DNA of 14,968 nucleotides from a virus: IMG/VR virus record IMGVR_UViG_3300010413_000285; one strand, 5' to 3'. Shown piece by piece: positions 1 to 7,306 of this stretch (position 1 is its first letter; each line of letters starts with the position of its first letter). The notes under the pieces were generated by a model. It saw only the letters and a program-made list of their open reading frames with translations, ran no database searches and was not told where the DNA came from. The position numbers and the translations under genes were made by a program.

Positions 1-99
1 AGAAGAGAAGGAACTTTATCCAGCTTCGCACGCCAAACGTAAAGTACGGCGTGTTGTTAAGCCTAATAGGGCCAGGGAGCTGGTCGAGGAATTAGAAGA

Positions 100-747
100 A
101 TGCAAAATCACAGTGGAACCAAGACGCAATATAGAGCCACGATTGCCGAACTTGCTAAGGAATCTTTGGCGGGTCATATCATCTCCCCAGAACAAGAAGA
201 TGGCCCTGTAAGAATGTGGCTTTGCCATCGGCCAGGTACAGGAATGTATCATTTTAGGGTCGTGGCTGCACCAGGAATGCTTCTGGTGTATGGTGATGTT
301 GGTGACTACATGCTACAAAACCATGATTATGATATGGTGAAGTGGCTTGTTGGTGGAGCTGTCAATTCTCCTGACTATTTAATTCAAAAATTTGTCAGGA
401 AAACCAAAATCTTCTTTGAAGATGAGGCAGAAGCACTGCTTCAATCACACATTGACGAAGCGTGTGATGAATATGAGCGCGATGAGGCGAAGAAGTTTAA
501 GGAAAAAGTGCTCGATGCCTGGCAGTATGATAGAGAATATGGGCATGGGCATGACTTCGCCCGAGCATATTATGAGGCTGGTGGCGATCCAGAATATCTT
601 TCTAACACGGAAGACTATGATTCAAGTGTATACTGGACTGTAGAATGCCTCAAAAAATTTGCGGAGCTATACAATGAACTTAGAACTAAAAGCATTGCTG
701 GAGAAGAGACTTGCTCGTCTTGCGCTGCGCTCTCTGAGTGCTCGTAG
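100..747 (+). CDS. hypothetical protein (215 aa), acidic C-terminal half
   Basis: ATG at 100 preceded by GAGGA (86-90). In-frame stops lie upstream at 58-69. Long ORF with protein-like composition. No motif recognised. Confidence 0.55.
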   Translation: MQNHSGTKTQYRATIAELAKESLAGHIISPEQEDGPVRMWLCHRPGTGMYHFRVVAAPGMLLVYGDVGDYMLQNHDYDMVKWLVGGAVNSPDYLIQKFVRKTKIFFEDEAEALLQSHIDEACDEYERDEAKKFKEKVLDAWQYDREYGHGHDFARAYYEAGGDPEYLSNTEDYDSSVYWTVECLKKFAELYNELRTKSIAGEETCSSCAALSECS

Positions 748-1024
748 TCCGATGTCCAACTTTAGTTGGCAGCGAGTTAGAATTGCATTATTAAATATCT
801 CTAGATGCGATGCTTCCTATGTTGGTGATTATTTGTGTCTAAATTTTTTATTTCACCAACACTCTGTATGGCTACATAAAAATGGCACTGGCTTATTATA
901 CAATCCTTGGTATGAGGATGCACCTAAGTATAAATTAGTTATGCCTTTGGAAATTCAACAAATGGTGGCGGAAATTTGGGAGACTAATAAAGCCCCTATT
1001 CCGATTAACCCAGCACTAAATTGA
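674..1024 (+). CDS. hypothetical protein (~116 aa)
   Basis: The track ORF starts with TTG at 659. First ATG at 674 is preceded by GGAG (662-665), an alternative ATG lies at 752. It overlaps the 3' end of the previous CDS by 74 nt and fills an otherwise 285-nt gap. Confidence 0.4.
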   Translation: MNLELKALLEKRLARLALRSLSARSPMSNFSWQRVRIALLNISRCDASYVGDYLCLNFLFHQHSVWLHKNGTGLLYNPWYEDAPKYKLVMPLEIQQMVAEIWETNKAPIPINPALN

Positions 1025-1076
1025 TAATACCCAGGAAACACTGGGGCGTAACATAAACCTATAAAGGAGAGAACAA

Positions 1077-1361
1077 ATGACGTTTGAAGAATTCAAGGCT
1101 ACATTGCCTGAGTCCGTAACCAGTGACATGGAACGTCTGCTCGCGGTCTGTAAGGCTGCCGAGATCGAAGTACCTTTGTCTGAGAGATTCTACATTAAGA
1201 CTCACACGCCAAAGAAGAGCAAGAACAACCCTGAGCCTGAGCCCACTGAGTATGTGGTTATTCCGCATCCCCTCGGCGGTCGGGATTTCTGGGTGCGCAA
1301 GCAAGATTTCCCTGCTTTGTTGGAAGGTGCCAACAGTTTCAAGAGCAAGCTGGGCATCTGA
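1077..1361 (+). CDS. hypothetical protein (94 aa) in a GC-richer island
   Basis: Strong SD AAAGGAGAG 7 nt upstream of ATG. Codon usage shifts to GC-rich codons (CTG, GGC, CGG), unlike the neighbours. The antisense ORF 1059..1424 is judged spurious. Confidence 0.65.
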   Translation: MTFEEFKATLPESVTSDMERLLAVCKAAEIEVPLSERFYIKTHTPKKSKNNPEPEPTEYVVIPHPLGGRDFWVRKQDFPALLEGANSFKSKLGI

Positions 1362-1370
1362 CCCATTGGG

Positions 1371-1456
1371 CCACCTCGCCTCAAGTGGTTGGAGGTGTTT
1401 CCATAAAGCCTCGCCCCGTGGCATTGTAACGGGGCATCACACAATGCCGTGTGTGG
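1371..1456 (+). other. cluster of three hairpins with a mutually exclusive alternative pairing (possible terminator/attenuator-like element)
   Basis: Hairpin 1: CACCTC (1372-1377) / GAGGTG (1392-1397) followed by TTT. Hairpin A: GCCCCGT (1413-1419) / ACGGGGC (1429-1435). Hairpin C: CACACA (1438-1443) / TGTGTG (1450-1455). Alternative B: GGCATTGT (1421-1428) / ACAATGCC (1441-1448), which overlaps both A and C. Confidence 0.4.
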
Positions 1457-1512
1457 AAGCTAGTTCTAAGTGTTTTCAATCATTTTATTATACCAGAGAC
1501 AACAGATTCTAC

Positions 1513-1541
1513 TTGCCATACGCGGCATTGTGTGATATACT
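1513..1541 (+). promoter_or_regulatory. sigma70-like promoter: -35 TTGCCA, 17-nt spacer, extended -10 TGaTATACT
   Basis: TTGCCA at 1513-1518, 17-nt spacer, TATACT at 1536-1541 with an upstream TG at 1533-1534. The predicted TSS (~1548) is 2 nt before ATG 1550, so the mRNA would be nearly leaderless. Confidence 0.4.
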
Positions 1542-1549
1542 AATAAGCA

Positions 1550-1900
1550 ATGTATAAGAGATTAATAAATAAGGTTTTAAAAGCACTATCAGACGATTTA
1601 AGACAGTCAAAATATAGAGGCAATAATGATTTGTCTGGGTATTGCTATGTAACCAGTGAAGCTCTTTATCATATGCTTGGAGGAAAACGGGCTGGATGGA
1701 AGCCAATGTTCGTAAGACATGAGGGCAAGCCGCATTGGTTTTTGCTTCATGAAAATGGTTGTATTTTAGATATTACAGCAGAACAATTTAACACTCCAGT
1801 TCCGGTCTATTCGGCTAAAGGAAAAGGCTTTCTTACCAAGCTCCCATCAAAAAGGGCACAAATTCTAATCGAAAGAGTGACGGGAGCACATCATGATTAA
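1550..1900 (+). CDS. hypothetical protein (116 aa)
   Basis: ATG ORF immediately downstream of the promoter-like element. Its end overlaps the start of the next CDS by 8 nt. No recognisable motif. Confidence 0.55.
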   Translation: MYKRLINKVLKALSDDLRQSKYRGNNDLSGYCYVTSEALYHMLGGKRAGWKPMFVRHEGKPHWFLLHENGCILDITAEQFNTPVPVYSAKGKGFLTKLPSKRAQILIERVTGAHHD

Positions 1901-2621
1901 TATCCTACCTTGTAGCGACCTGCATACAAACTTCCATCGAGATGGTGGCAAGTCTGTAATCAAGAGTCTGTATGAAAAAGATGTAGACGTTCTTGTTGTA
2001 GCTGGCGATCTTTCAATCATCACCAATAATCTACTTCAAGATAATATCAAATCCCTTTGTGACAAATATCCTAACGTAGTATATGTAGCCGGTAATCACG
2101 AGTATTACCATAGCTCATTTTCTCGCGTGGACGAGATACTTTCCGACTTGGATTCACAGCTATCTAATTTCGTTTGGCTCAATAACAACCGCGTAGAGGT
2201 GGCGGGCAAGATGTTTATTGGGGCTACGCTATGGTTTCCAGACAGTGTAGCTGCACAGATTAATAAGAAATTTCTAAACGATTATCGATACATTGCTGAC
2301 TTTGAGCCAGAAGTATATGAAAGATACACGGAGACTGTAGATTTCTTGGAAAACAATATACAAGAAGGCGATATAGTTGTCACTCATCACATGCCATCTC
2401 ATGTATGTGTGGATCTTAAATTCAGGAAATCTAATTTGAATTGCTTTTTTGCCTGCCGATTGGATGCTCTAATTTCTCGTACCAAGCCTGCGGTATGGAT
2501 ATATGGCCATACTCACTATGGCAATAGTTTTATGCACTACTCAACCAATTTAGTAGGTAATCCATTAGGTTATCCAGGAGAGAACCCATTCTTTTCTGAT
2601 TGTTTTACTGTGAGGGTATAA
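1893..2621 (+). CDS. calcineurin-like metallophosphoesterase (MPP superfamily)
   Basis: Ordered metallophosphatase motifs are all present: D-x-H (CSDLHTNF), GD (VVAGDLS), GNHE (VAGNHEY), HH (VTHHMPS) and GHxH (GHTHYG). Confidence 0.85.
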   Translation: MINILPCSDLHTNFHRDGGKSVIKSLYEKDVDVLVVAGDLSIITNNLLQDNIKSLCDKYPNVVYVAGNHEYYHSSFSRVDEILSDLDSQLSNFVWLNNNRVEVAGKMFIGATLWFPDSVAAQINKKFLNDYRYIADFEPEVYERYTETVDFLENNIQEGDIVVTHHMPSHVCVDLKFRKSNLNCFFACRLDALISRTKPAVWIYGHTHYGNSFMHYSTNLVGNPLGYPGENPFFSDCFTVRV

Positions 2622-2881
2622 TGAATTGTCCAAAATGTGATAGCTCCCAATTTTATTATGTTCAACGAGTGTATGAATATCACTGGATTGACAAGGTAGA
2701 AGATGGCAATATTGAATTGTCATGCCTTGATGACACAGCAGTAGATTCCGATTATATGCCGCACCTGCGATGTGAAGCATGTGGCCGTGCATTTAATCTA
2801 GATATGGAAGAAATTAAATTGGATGAGAATGAGGAGCCATGCGTGCCTATCAGCGTGGAGGTAAGACGTGAAGGTTCGTGA
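2621..2881 (+). CDS. small zinc-ribbon protein (CPKC...CEAC), 86 aa
   Basis: TAATG junction with the phosphoesterase stop. GAGGG SD lies 5 nt upstream. Two CxxC pairs. The track start at 2600 is in the same frame but inside the upstream gene. Confidence 0.6.
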   Translation: MNCPKCDSSQFYYVQRVYEYHWIDKVEDGNIELSCLDDTAVDSDYMPHLRCEACGRAFNLDMEEIKLDENEEPCVPISVEVRREGS

Positions 2882-3152
2882 TGGGTTTGTAAGTAATTCA
2901 AGCTCAGCAAGTTTTACTATCAACAGAAGTAAACTGAGCAAGATTCAAATTAAAAGAATTCATGATCATATCTTTCATGCTCGTAGCCGTCCAGATTTAT
3001 TTCCATGGCTAGAGGCGTGGGATATTGAAGAGAATGATGATTTGAATATCATTACTGGTTTCACATGGATGGATAACTTTGATATGGAATTATATCTTCG
3101 TGACTTTGTGAAAGTTGCAGATGAAGATATTATTTGGGATAAAGAAGGATGA
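2868..3152 (+). CDS. paralog 1 of the N-terminal 'GF[VI]SxSSSxSF' family (94 aa)
   Basis: GTG start 6 nt after GGAGG (2857-2861). N-terminus (M)KVRDGFVSNSSSASF matches the two downstream ORFs. The C-terminal regions differ. Confidence 0.6.
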   Translation: MKVRDGFVSNSSSASFTINRSKLSKIQIKRIHDHIFHARSRPDLFPWLEAWDIEENDDLNIITGFTWMDNFDMELYLRDFVKVADEDIIWDKEG

Positions 3153-3637
3153 AAATCAGAACAAGCTTTGTAAGCAATTCAAGTTCAAGTTCTTTCCTTG
3201 TTGCCTTTCCCCGTCTTCCGAAAAGCGTGGAAGACGTTCAAGATATGGTATTTCAAGGAGAAACACATCTAGCCAATCCGTATGAGTTCGATGATTGGAT
3301 CAAAGAATTTCCAGCTAGGGAAGTTTCAGAAATTATTTGGAACGGGATTAAGAATCAAATTCCAAATAATAGAGCCAAGATTATTGACGAGATGCATTCG
3401 ATAATTTTGGACTTTGATAAATACTACAAGCTGGGACGCCACGAATACCAAAGCTTTGATGAGGATGAATATCGCTTGGACAACAATAAAATTGTAGAAG
3501 ATTTCATGCAAGAGCATTCTGGCGAATACATGTACTGTGTAGAATATTCTGACAACGGAGAAGGTCAGATTGGTGTAGCCATGGAACATGGAGACCTATT
3601 CCATAATCTTCCACATATTGTTTCGAGCAATCACTAA
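3149..3637 (+). CDS. paralog 2 of the N-terminal 'GF[VI]SxSSSxSF' family (162 aa)
   Basis: ATGA overlap with the previous stop, AAGGA upstream. N-terminus MKIRTSFVSNSSSSSF. Confidence 0.65.
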   Translation: MKIRTSFVSNSSSSSFLVAFPRLPKSVEDVQDMVFQGETHLANPYEFDDWIKEFPAREVSEIIWNGIKNQIPNNRAKIIDEMHSIILDFDKYYKLGRHEYQSFDEDEYRLDNNKIVEDFMQEHSGEYMYCVEYSDNGEGQIGVAMEHGDLFHNLPHIVSSNH

Positions 3638-3855
3638 TGAAATATAAGAACGGCTTTATTTCAAGTTCAAGTTCAAATAGTTTCATTACATTCACTCCAG
3701 ATAGTCATTTCAACCATAAAAAAGAAGTCAAGAACAATGACGGCTTGGACTTTTGTTTTATGTGCGGGCAACCAACTAAAAAGATTCCAGGTGTACTTGC
3801 CAGAGAATTCTATTGCGTCTGTCAAAACCCAAACTGTGAATGGTATAAGAACTAA
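3637..3855 (+). CDS. paralog 3 of the same family (72 aa) with a C-terminal Cys cluster
   Basis: N-terminus MKYKNGFISSSSSNSF. C-terminus CFMCGQ...CVCQNPNC. TAATG-type junctions on both sides. Confidence 0.6.
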   Translation: MKYKNGFISSSSSNSFITFTPDSHFNHKKEVKNNDGLDFCFMCGQPTKKIPGVLAREFYCVCQNPNCEWYKN

Positions 3856-4937
3856 TGATTAAGATTGTAAAGTCTGAAAGATATAATTATCTGTTCAACA
3901 AAACTACTGGATTCTTTGCTCGATGGGGAGAAACAAAGGAAGACAATCCAGATATGTCTCCCTTTGGACCTGAGATTGCAGATATTGAAATTTCTACTGT
4001 ATGTCATGGCATTGGAAACTATATGGATTCTAGAAAGCCATGTCCGTGGTGTTACAAATCAAATACTGGATGCGGAATTAATATGTCTCTTGACACATTC
4101 AAAACTGTATTCCACAAACTACCAAGAAATCTAACACAGATTGCATTTGGTATTGGTGATATTGATGGAAATCCTGATCTCTGGCGTATCATGGAGTATT
4201 GTAGGAGCAACAGCTACAATAGTATTGTCCCTAATATTACAGTTAATGGCATGGGTGTGGATAAAGAAGTCTCGAAAAGATTGGCCGACCTATGCGGCGC
4301 TGTCGCTGTTAGTCGCTACCATATTAGTGATGTGTGCTACAATGCTATTAGCAATCTTAGCGAGGGTGGGCTGAAACAAGTAAACATTCATCAATTGCTG
4401 GCCGCTGAAACGTATGATAGCTGCTTTCGACTATTGGAGGATACACAAAAAGACGCTAGGCTCAGTGGGCTTAATGCCATTGTTTTCTTAATGTTGAAGC
4501 CTAAGGGAGATAGAAATAAATATCACGCTATTGATGGCATGAATAAATTCAACAAGCTTATCAAGACCGCTCAAGATATGGGTGTGTCTGTTGGAATGGA
4601 TTCGTGTACTGCTCCTTTGATGTTTAAGTTTGCTGAAGCGTTTGATCAACCTGGTATTATTCCATCCATTGAGCCGTGCGAAAGTACATTATTCTCAATT
4701 TATATTAACGCTGATGCTGAAGTATTTCCATGCTCTTTTACTGAAGGAACTGAAAAGTGGGAGCGTGGTATTTCAATGTTGGAAGTTAATGATTTTATGA
4801 AAGAGGTGTGGTTTGGACAAAGGCTTAGCGAATGGCGAGAGAGTTTGATGGCATCCTCTAAGGGATGTAATCAATGCACTATGCAAATTCATTGCCGTTC
4901 ATGTCCTGCGTTTGATATCACACAATGTAAGGAATGA
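3855..4937 (+). CDS. radical-SAM/SPASM-like Cys-rich enzyme with a non-canonical Cx12Cx2C cluster (360 aa)
   Basis: C50-x12-C63-x2-C66 (nt 4002-4052) sits where CxxxCxxC normally does. Downstream lie a GGEP-like Gly-rich motif FGIGDIDGNPDL and a TNG-like ITVNGMG. The C-terminus has 7+ Cys (DSCTAP, EPCES...FPC, CNQCTMQIHCRSCPAFDITQC), resembling a SPASM/twitch auxiliary-cluster domain. Confidence 0.5.
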   Translation: MIKIVKSERYNYLFNKTTGFFARWGETKEDNPDMSPFGPEIADIEISTVCHGIGNYMDSRKPCPWCYKSNTGCGINMSLDTFKTVFHKLPRNLTQIAFGIGDIDGNPDLWRIMEYCRSNSYNSIVPNITVNGMGVDKEVSKRLADLCGAVAVSRYHISDVCYNAISNLSEGGLKQVNIHQLLAAETYDSCFRLLEDTQKDARLSGLNAIVFLMLKPKGDRNKYHAIDGMNKFNKLIKTAQDMGVSVGMDSCTAPLMFKFAEAFDQPGIIPSIEPCESTLFSIYINADAEVFPCSFTEGTEKWERGISMLEVNDFMKEVWFGQRLSEWRESLMASSKGCNQCTMQIHCRSCPAFDITQCKE

Positions 4938-5434
4938 AAAGGGAACTTCTGTTCATAGTCCTGTGTTGCTTTTGTTGTGGCGACGAACAGGAAACTAGGA
5001 TTCCAGTTTACCAGGAATTGCCACGATGTCTGAACTGTGGCCAGGACTATGTTCCAGATGAACCAGATATACCTGACCCAAGGCCAAGAGTATATCTTCA
5101 ACCAAACGAGCTTCTATTTTATTTCACAACAGATGACGAAGAACCTTATCCTCCACAATATATAGATATTGTTAATACATCAAAAGGTAATGTAATTATT
5201 ATTGATGCATTTATTGCTAAAGATGAAGAGTGTTATATATGTGGAGATGATATACACTTTGAATTGACTGAGCCAAATCTTCCACAAGTATTGGAAGACG
5301 GCGAAAGCTTACAATTAGAAGTACACTTTTCCTGTTCCACTTCACAAGAAGGAGCAATTTTGAAAGTTTATACTAGCTTTGCACCTGATGAAATTTTGCA
5401 AGCTAGATTGTCTGGTAAAGTATTTGTTTGGTAG
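4934..5434 (+). CDS. Cys-rich acidic protein with a hydrophobic N-terminal signal-like segment (166 aa)
   Basis: ATGA coupling to the upstream gene. N-terminus MKRELLFIVLCCFCCG. Further CxxC pairs (CLNCG, CYICGDD). Pro/Asp/Glu-rich. Confidence 0.55.
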   Translation: MKRELLFIVLCCFCCGDEQETRIPVYQELPRCLNCGQDYVPDEPDIPDPRPRVYLQPNELLFYFTTDDEEPYPPQYIDIVNTSKGNVIIIDAFIAKDEECYICGDDIHFELTEPNLPQVLEDGESLQLEVHFSCSTSQEGAILKVYTSFAPDEILQARLSGKVFVW

Positions 5435-5444
5435 GAGGCTTATA

Positions 5445-6374
5445 ATGAAATGGTTGTGCATGTTAATAGGTATGATTTCTATAGGATCATGCGCTACCAC
5501 TATTCCGCCTGAAATTTTAATAATACGCAGACATGAGCAATATGCTAAGTTAGATATAGAGGAGAAAAAACTAGCCGAAAAAATAATGAGCAAGGCTGTT
5601 CGTAATGACAGAAAGAAATATTATTTTGAAAAGCTCAAGTTATTGCTAGATACCCCTACTGCATCGCGTTCTGTGATTGGTGAGGCGCAAAAGAAAGAAA
5701 TTAAAAAATCGATACAAGAAAGCAAAGAAGAGAGACAGGCCGCAGTAAGTGAAAGAAAAACCAGCGTAGAAGAATATATGACTCAGGAAGAATTCTATGA
5801 GTCTGCAAAAAGCGATAGGCATTGGCGTGGATATTCTCCGGAAGGTTGGGATCAAACCTATTTTTATGTAGTTGATGATGACCCACTTGATTTATTAGTA
5901 CATATTCGTGTGCGCCTGTTAGGAGATATAGAAGATATCGAACGTATCTTACAGTTAGAAGATTCAATCGAGAAGCACTTATACATTGAAGGATTCTCAG
6001 TTAATTTGGTATTTGTAGGATGTTCTGATGATAATGACGATGTATTCGATGTTAATGTTGATTCTAGTAAATGGCCGACTAGTCATAATTGGACGGGTGG
6101 ATATCAAGGACTAGCTCATGAACTTATGCACCTGATGGGCCTTCCAGATGAATATGATAGAATAGAGAATCATGCTAATAATAAGTTTCTTCCTATCAAG
6201 CGGCGCTTGGAATTATTTTTAGAACAAATGGACGAAGAAGTTCCCGCAGATGCATATAAGGGAATCATGTGTAACCATTTTAGAAAGCCTTTAGAAAGAC
6301 ATGTGTGTGCTGCTGTAGGACTTGGCGAGGCTTGTATTAAAGCTAGAATGAAGGCATTTCATTCGAAGGAATAA
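5445..6374 (+). CDS. lipoprotein with an HExxH zinc-metallopeptidase-like motif (HELMHLMGLPDEYD)
   Basis: GGAGG (5433-5437) 7 nt before ATG 5445. The track start at 5379 is in frame but lacks an RBS. Signal peptide MKWLCMLIGMISIGSC carries lipobox IGSC. Motif pattern is HExxHxxGxxDE. Confidence 0.7.
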   Translation: MKWLCMLIGMISIGSCATTIPPEILIIRRHEQYAKLDIEEKKLAEKIMSKAVRNDRKKYYFEKLKLLLDTPTASRSVIGEAQKKEIKKSIQESKEERQAAVSERKTSVEEYMTQEEFYESAKSDRHWRGYSPEGWDQTYFYVVDDDPLDLLVHIRVRLLGDIEDIERILQLEDSIEKHLYIEGFSVNLVFVGCSDDNDDVFDVNVDSSKWPTSHNWTGGYQGLAHELMHLMGLPDEYDRIENHANNKFLPIKRRLELFLEQMDEEVPADAYKGIMCNHFRKPLERHVCAAVGLGEACIKARMKAFHSKE

Positions 6375-6456
6375 TGAGCCAAGGAACAATTATCCAGATT
6401 TAGGTAACTACTAATAATTATATGCTTCTATAGATTCTATTATATGGAGGCATATA

Positions 6457-6966
6457 ATGAAAAAACTTCTTGAGATATTAGGCTTCATATGGTTGCTGCC
6501 ATTTACTTTACTTATGTGGCTGCTCTATATTTTGCCGCTGATATTATTTAAGGAAGTCAAGTACGTTAGAAAAGCTTCTACATTTGTGTGGGAGTTCTCC
6601 AATCCTATTGATCCCACTAGTTGGTATGATAAGCTATGGGCTAGATGGGGAGGTTGGTCAGGTCCTTGTGTAATTATATTACATGAGGATATGTATAAGA
6701 GTGCTTTTCGTTTGGAAATGGTTAGGAAGCACGAACTTAGACACTGCAAAGATCAATTCAAATGGGGAGTCTTCTTTTACCCCGCCTATATTGTAGCATC
6801 TGCTTGGATTGGATTTACCAATCTGTTTAAAAAACGCGAGAATAAAAAGCATATATACTTGTTCAATCCGTTTGAGATGGCAGCCAGAAAGGATGCTGGG
6901 CAGATAGTGGATGTTCCACGAGAATATTGGCCAGATGGCCCGGATGATTATAATCCTTGGATGTAA
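6457..6966 (+). CDS. membrane protein with an HExxH motif (HELRH), 169 aa
   Basis: GGAGG 6 nt upstream. N-terminal transmembrane helix (LGFIWLLPFTLLMWLLYILPLILF) and a second hydrophobic segment near residue 120. An AT-rich upstream intergenic region may hold a promoter. Confidence 0.7.
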   Translation: MKKLLEILGFIWLLPFTLLMWLLYILPLILFKEVKYVRKASTFVWEFSNPIDPTSWYDKLWARWGGWSGPCVIILHEDMYKSAFRLEMVRKHELRHCKDQFKWGVFFYPAYIVASAWIGFTNLFKKRENKKHIYLFNPFEMAARKDAGQIVDVPREYWPDGPDDYNPWM

Positions 6967-6967
6967 G

Positions 6968-7306
6968 ATGATTAAATCAATCACCATAGCTAACAGAGAT
7001 GATGGATGCCAAGACTGCAAACTTACTGCCAAAAGAGTAATTGAAAGAAAACCTTCTTTGTGGCAGCGTCTTTGGCATAAAACAGAACCATACATAGAAA
7101 TCAAAGTTGAAGTATGGTATGGAAGGTCAGCATGGTGGAAACCTATGGGCTTTTCTAGGCAGATAAACGCCTGCGAGACGTGGATGTTTGATAGGGTTTG
7201 GGGTCTGCATTGTGAAGAAAAGAAAAGACAGAGCGTTAGAGGCCCTTTTAGAACCACGTTTACAATGAAAGATGGGCAATGGGTACTAAGAGATTCGACA
7301 AGGTAG
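6968..7306 (+). CDS. hypothetical protein (112 aa)
   Basis: The ATG at 6968 is in frame with track ORF 6911 and lies 2 nt after the upstream stop. Trp-rich protein-like sequence. Confidence 0.5.
   Translation: MIKSITIANRDDGCQDCKLTAKRVIERKPSLWQRLWHKTEPYIEIKVEVWYGRSAWWKPMGFSRQINACETWMFDRVWGLHCEEKKRQSVRGPFRTTFTMKDGQWVLRDSTR

Noticed and set aside
2-217. Partial ORF entering from the 5' window edge (frame 2 open to ~217, frame 3 open to 89)
   Set aside because: It cannot be decided which frame, if either, is the 3' end of an upstream gene without the upstream sequence. The frame-2 version would overlap CDS 100-747 by >100 nt.
392-643. 83-aa ORF in an alternative frame inside CDS 100-747, and minus ORF 16-252
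   Set aside because: Both are nested within the longer ORF. Basic or low-complexity translations are typical of off-frame reading.
1059-1424. 121-aa minus-strand ORF and 144-aa + strand ORF (1123-1557) overlapping gene 1077-1361
   Set aside because: The 1077 frame has the strongest SD in the window and a coherent product. The alternatives run across the hairpin-rich non-coding region and look like artefacts of locally high GC.
3170-3680. Tandem 'TTCAAG/AGTTCA' nucleotide repeats
   Set aside because: They are simply the codons for the Ser runs in the conserved N-terminal motif of the paralogs, not an independent repeat element. No CRISPR-like repeat-spacer structure is present anywhere in the window.
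6415-6450. Possible T4-like middle (MotA box TGCTT) or sigma70 promoter in the AT-rich gap upstream of 6457
   Set aside because: TGCTTCTA does not fit the MotA-box consensus or spacing. -10-like hexamers exist, but there is no convincing -35. It is kept only as a generic AT-rich possible promoter region.
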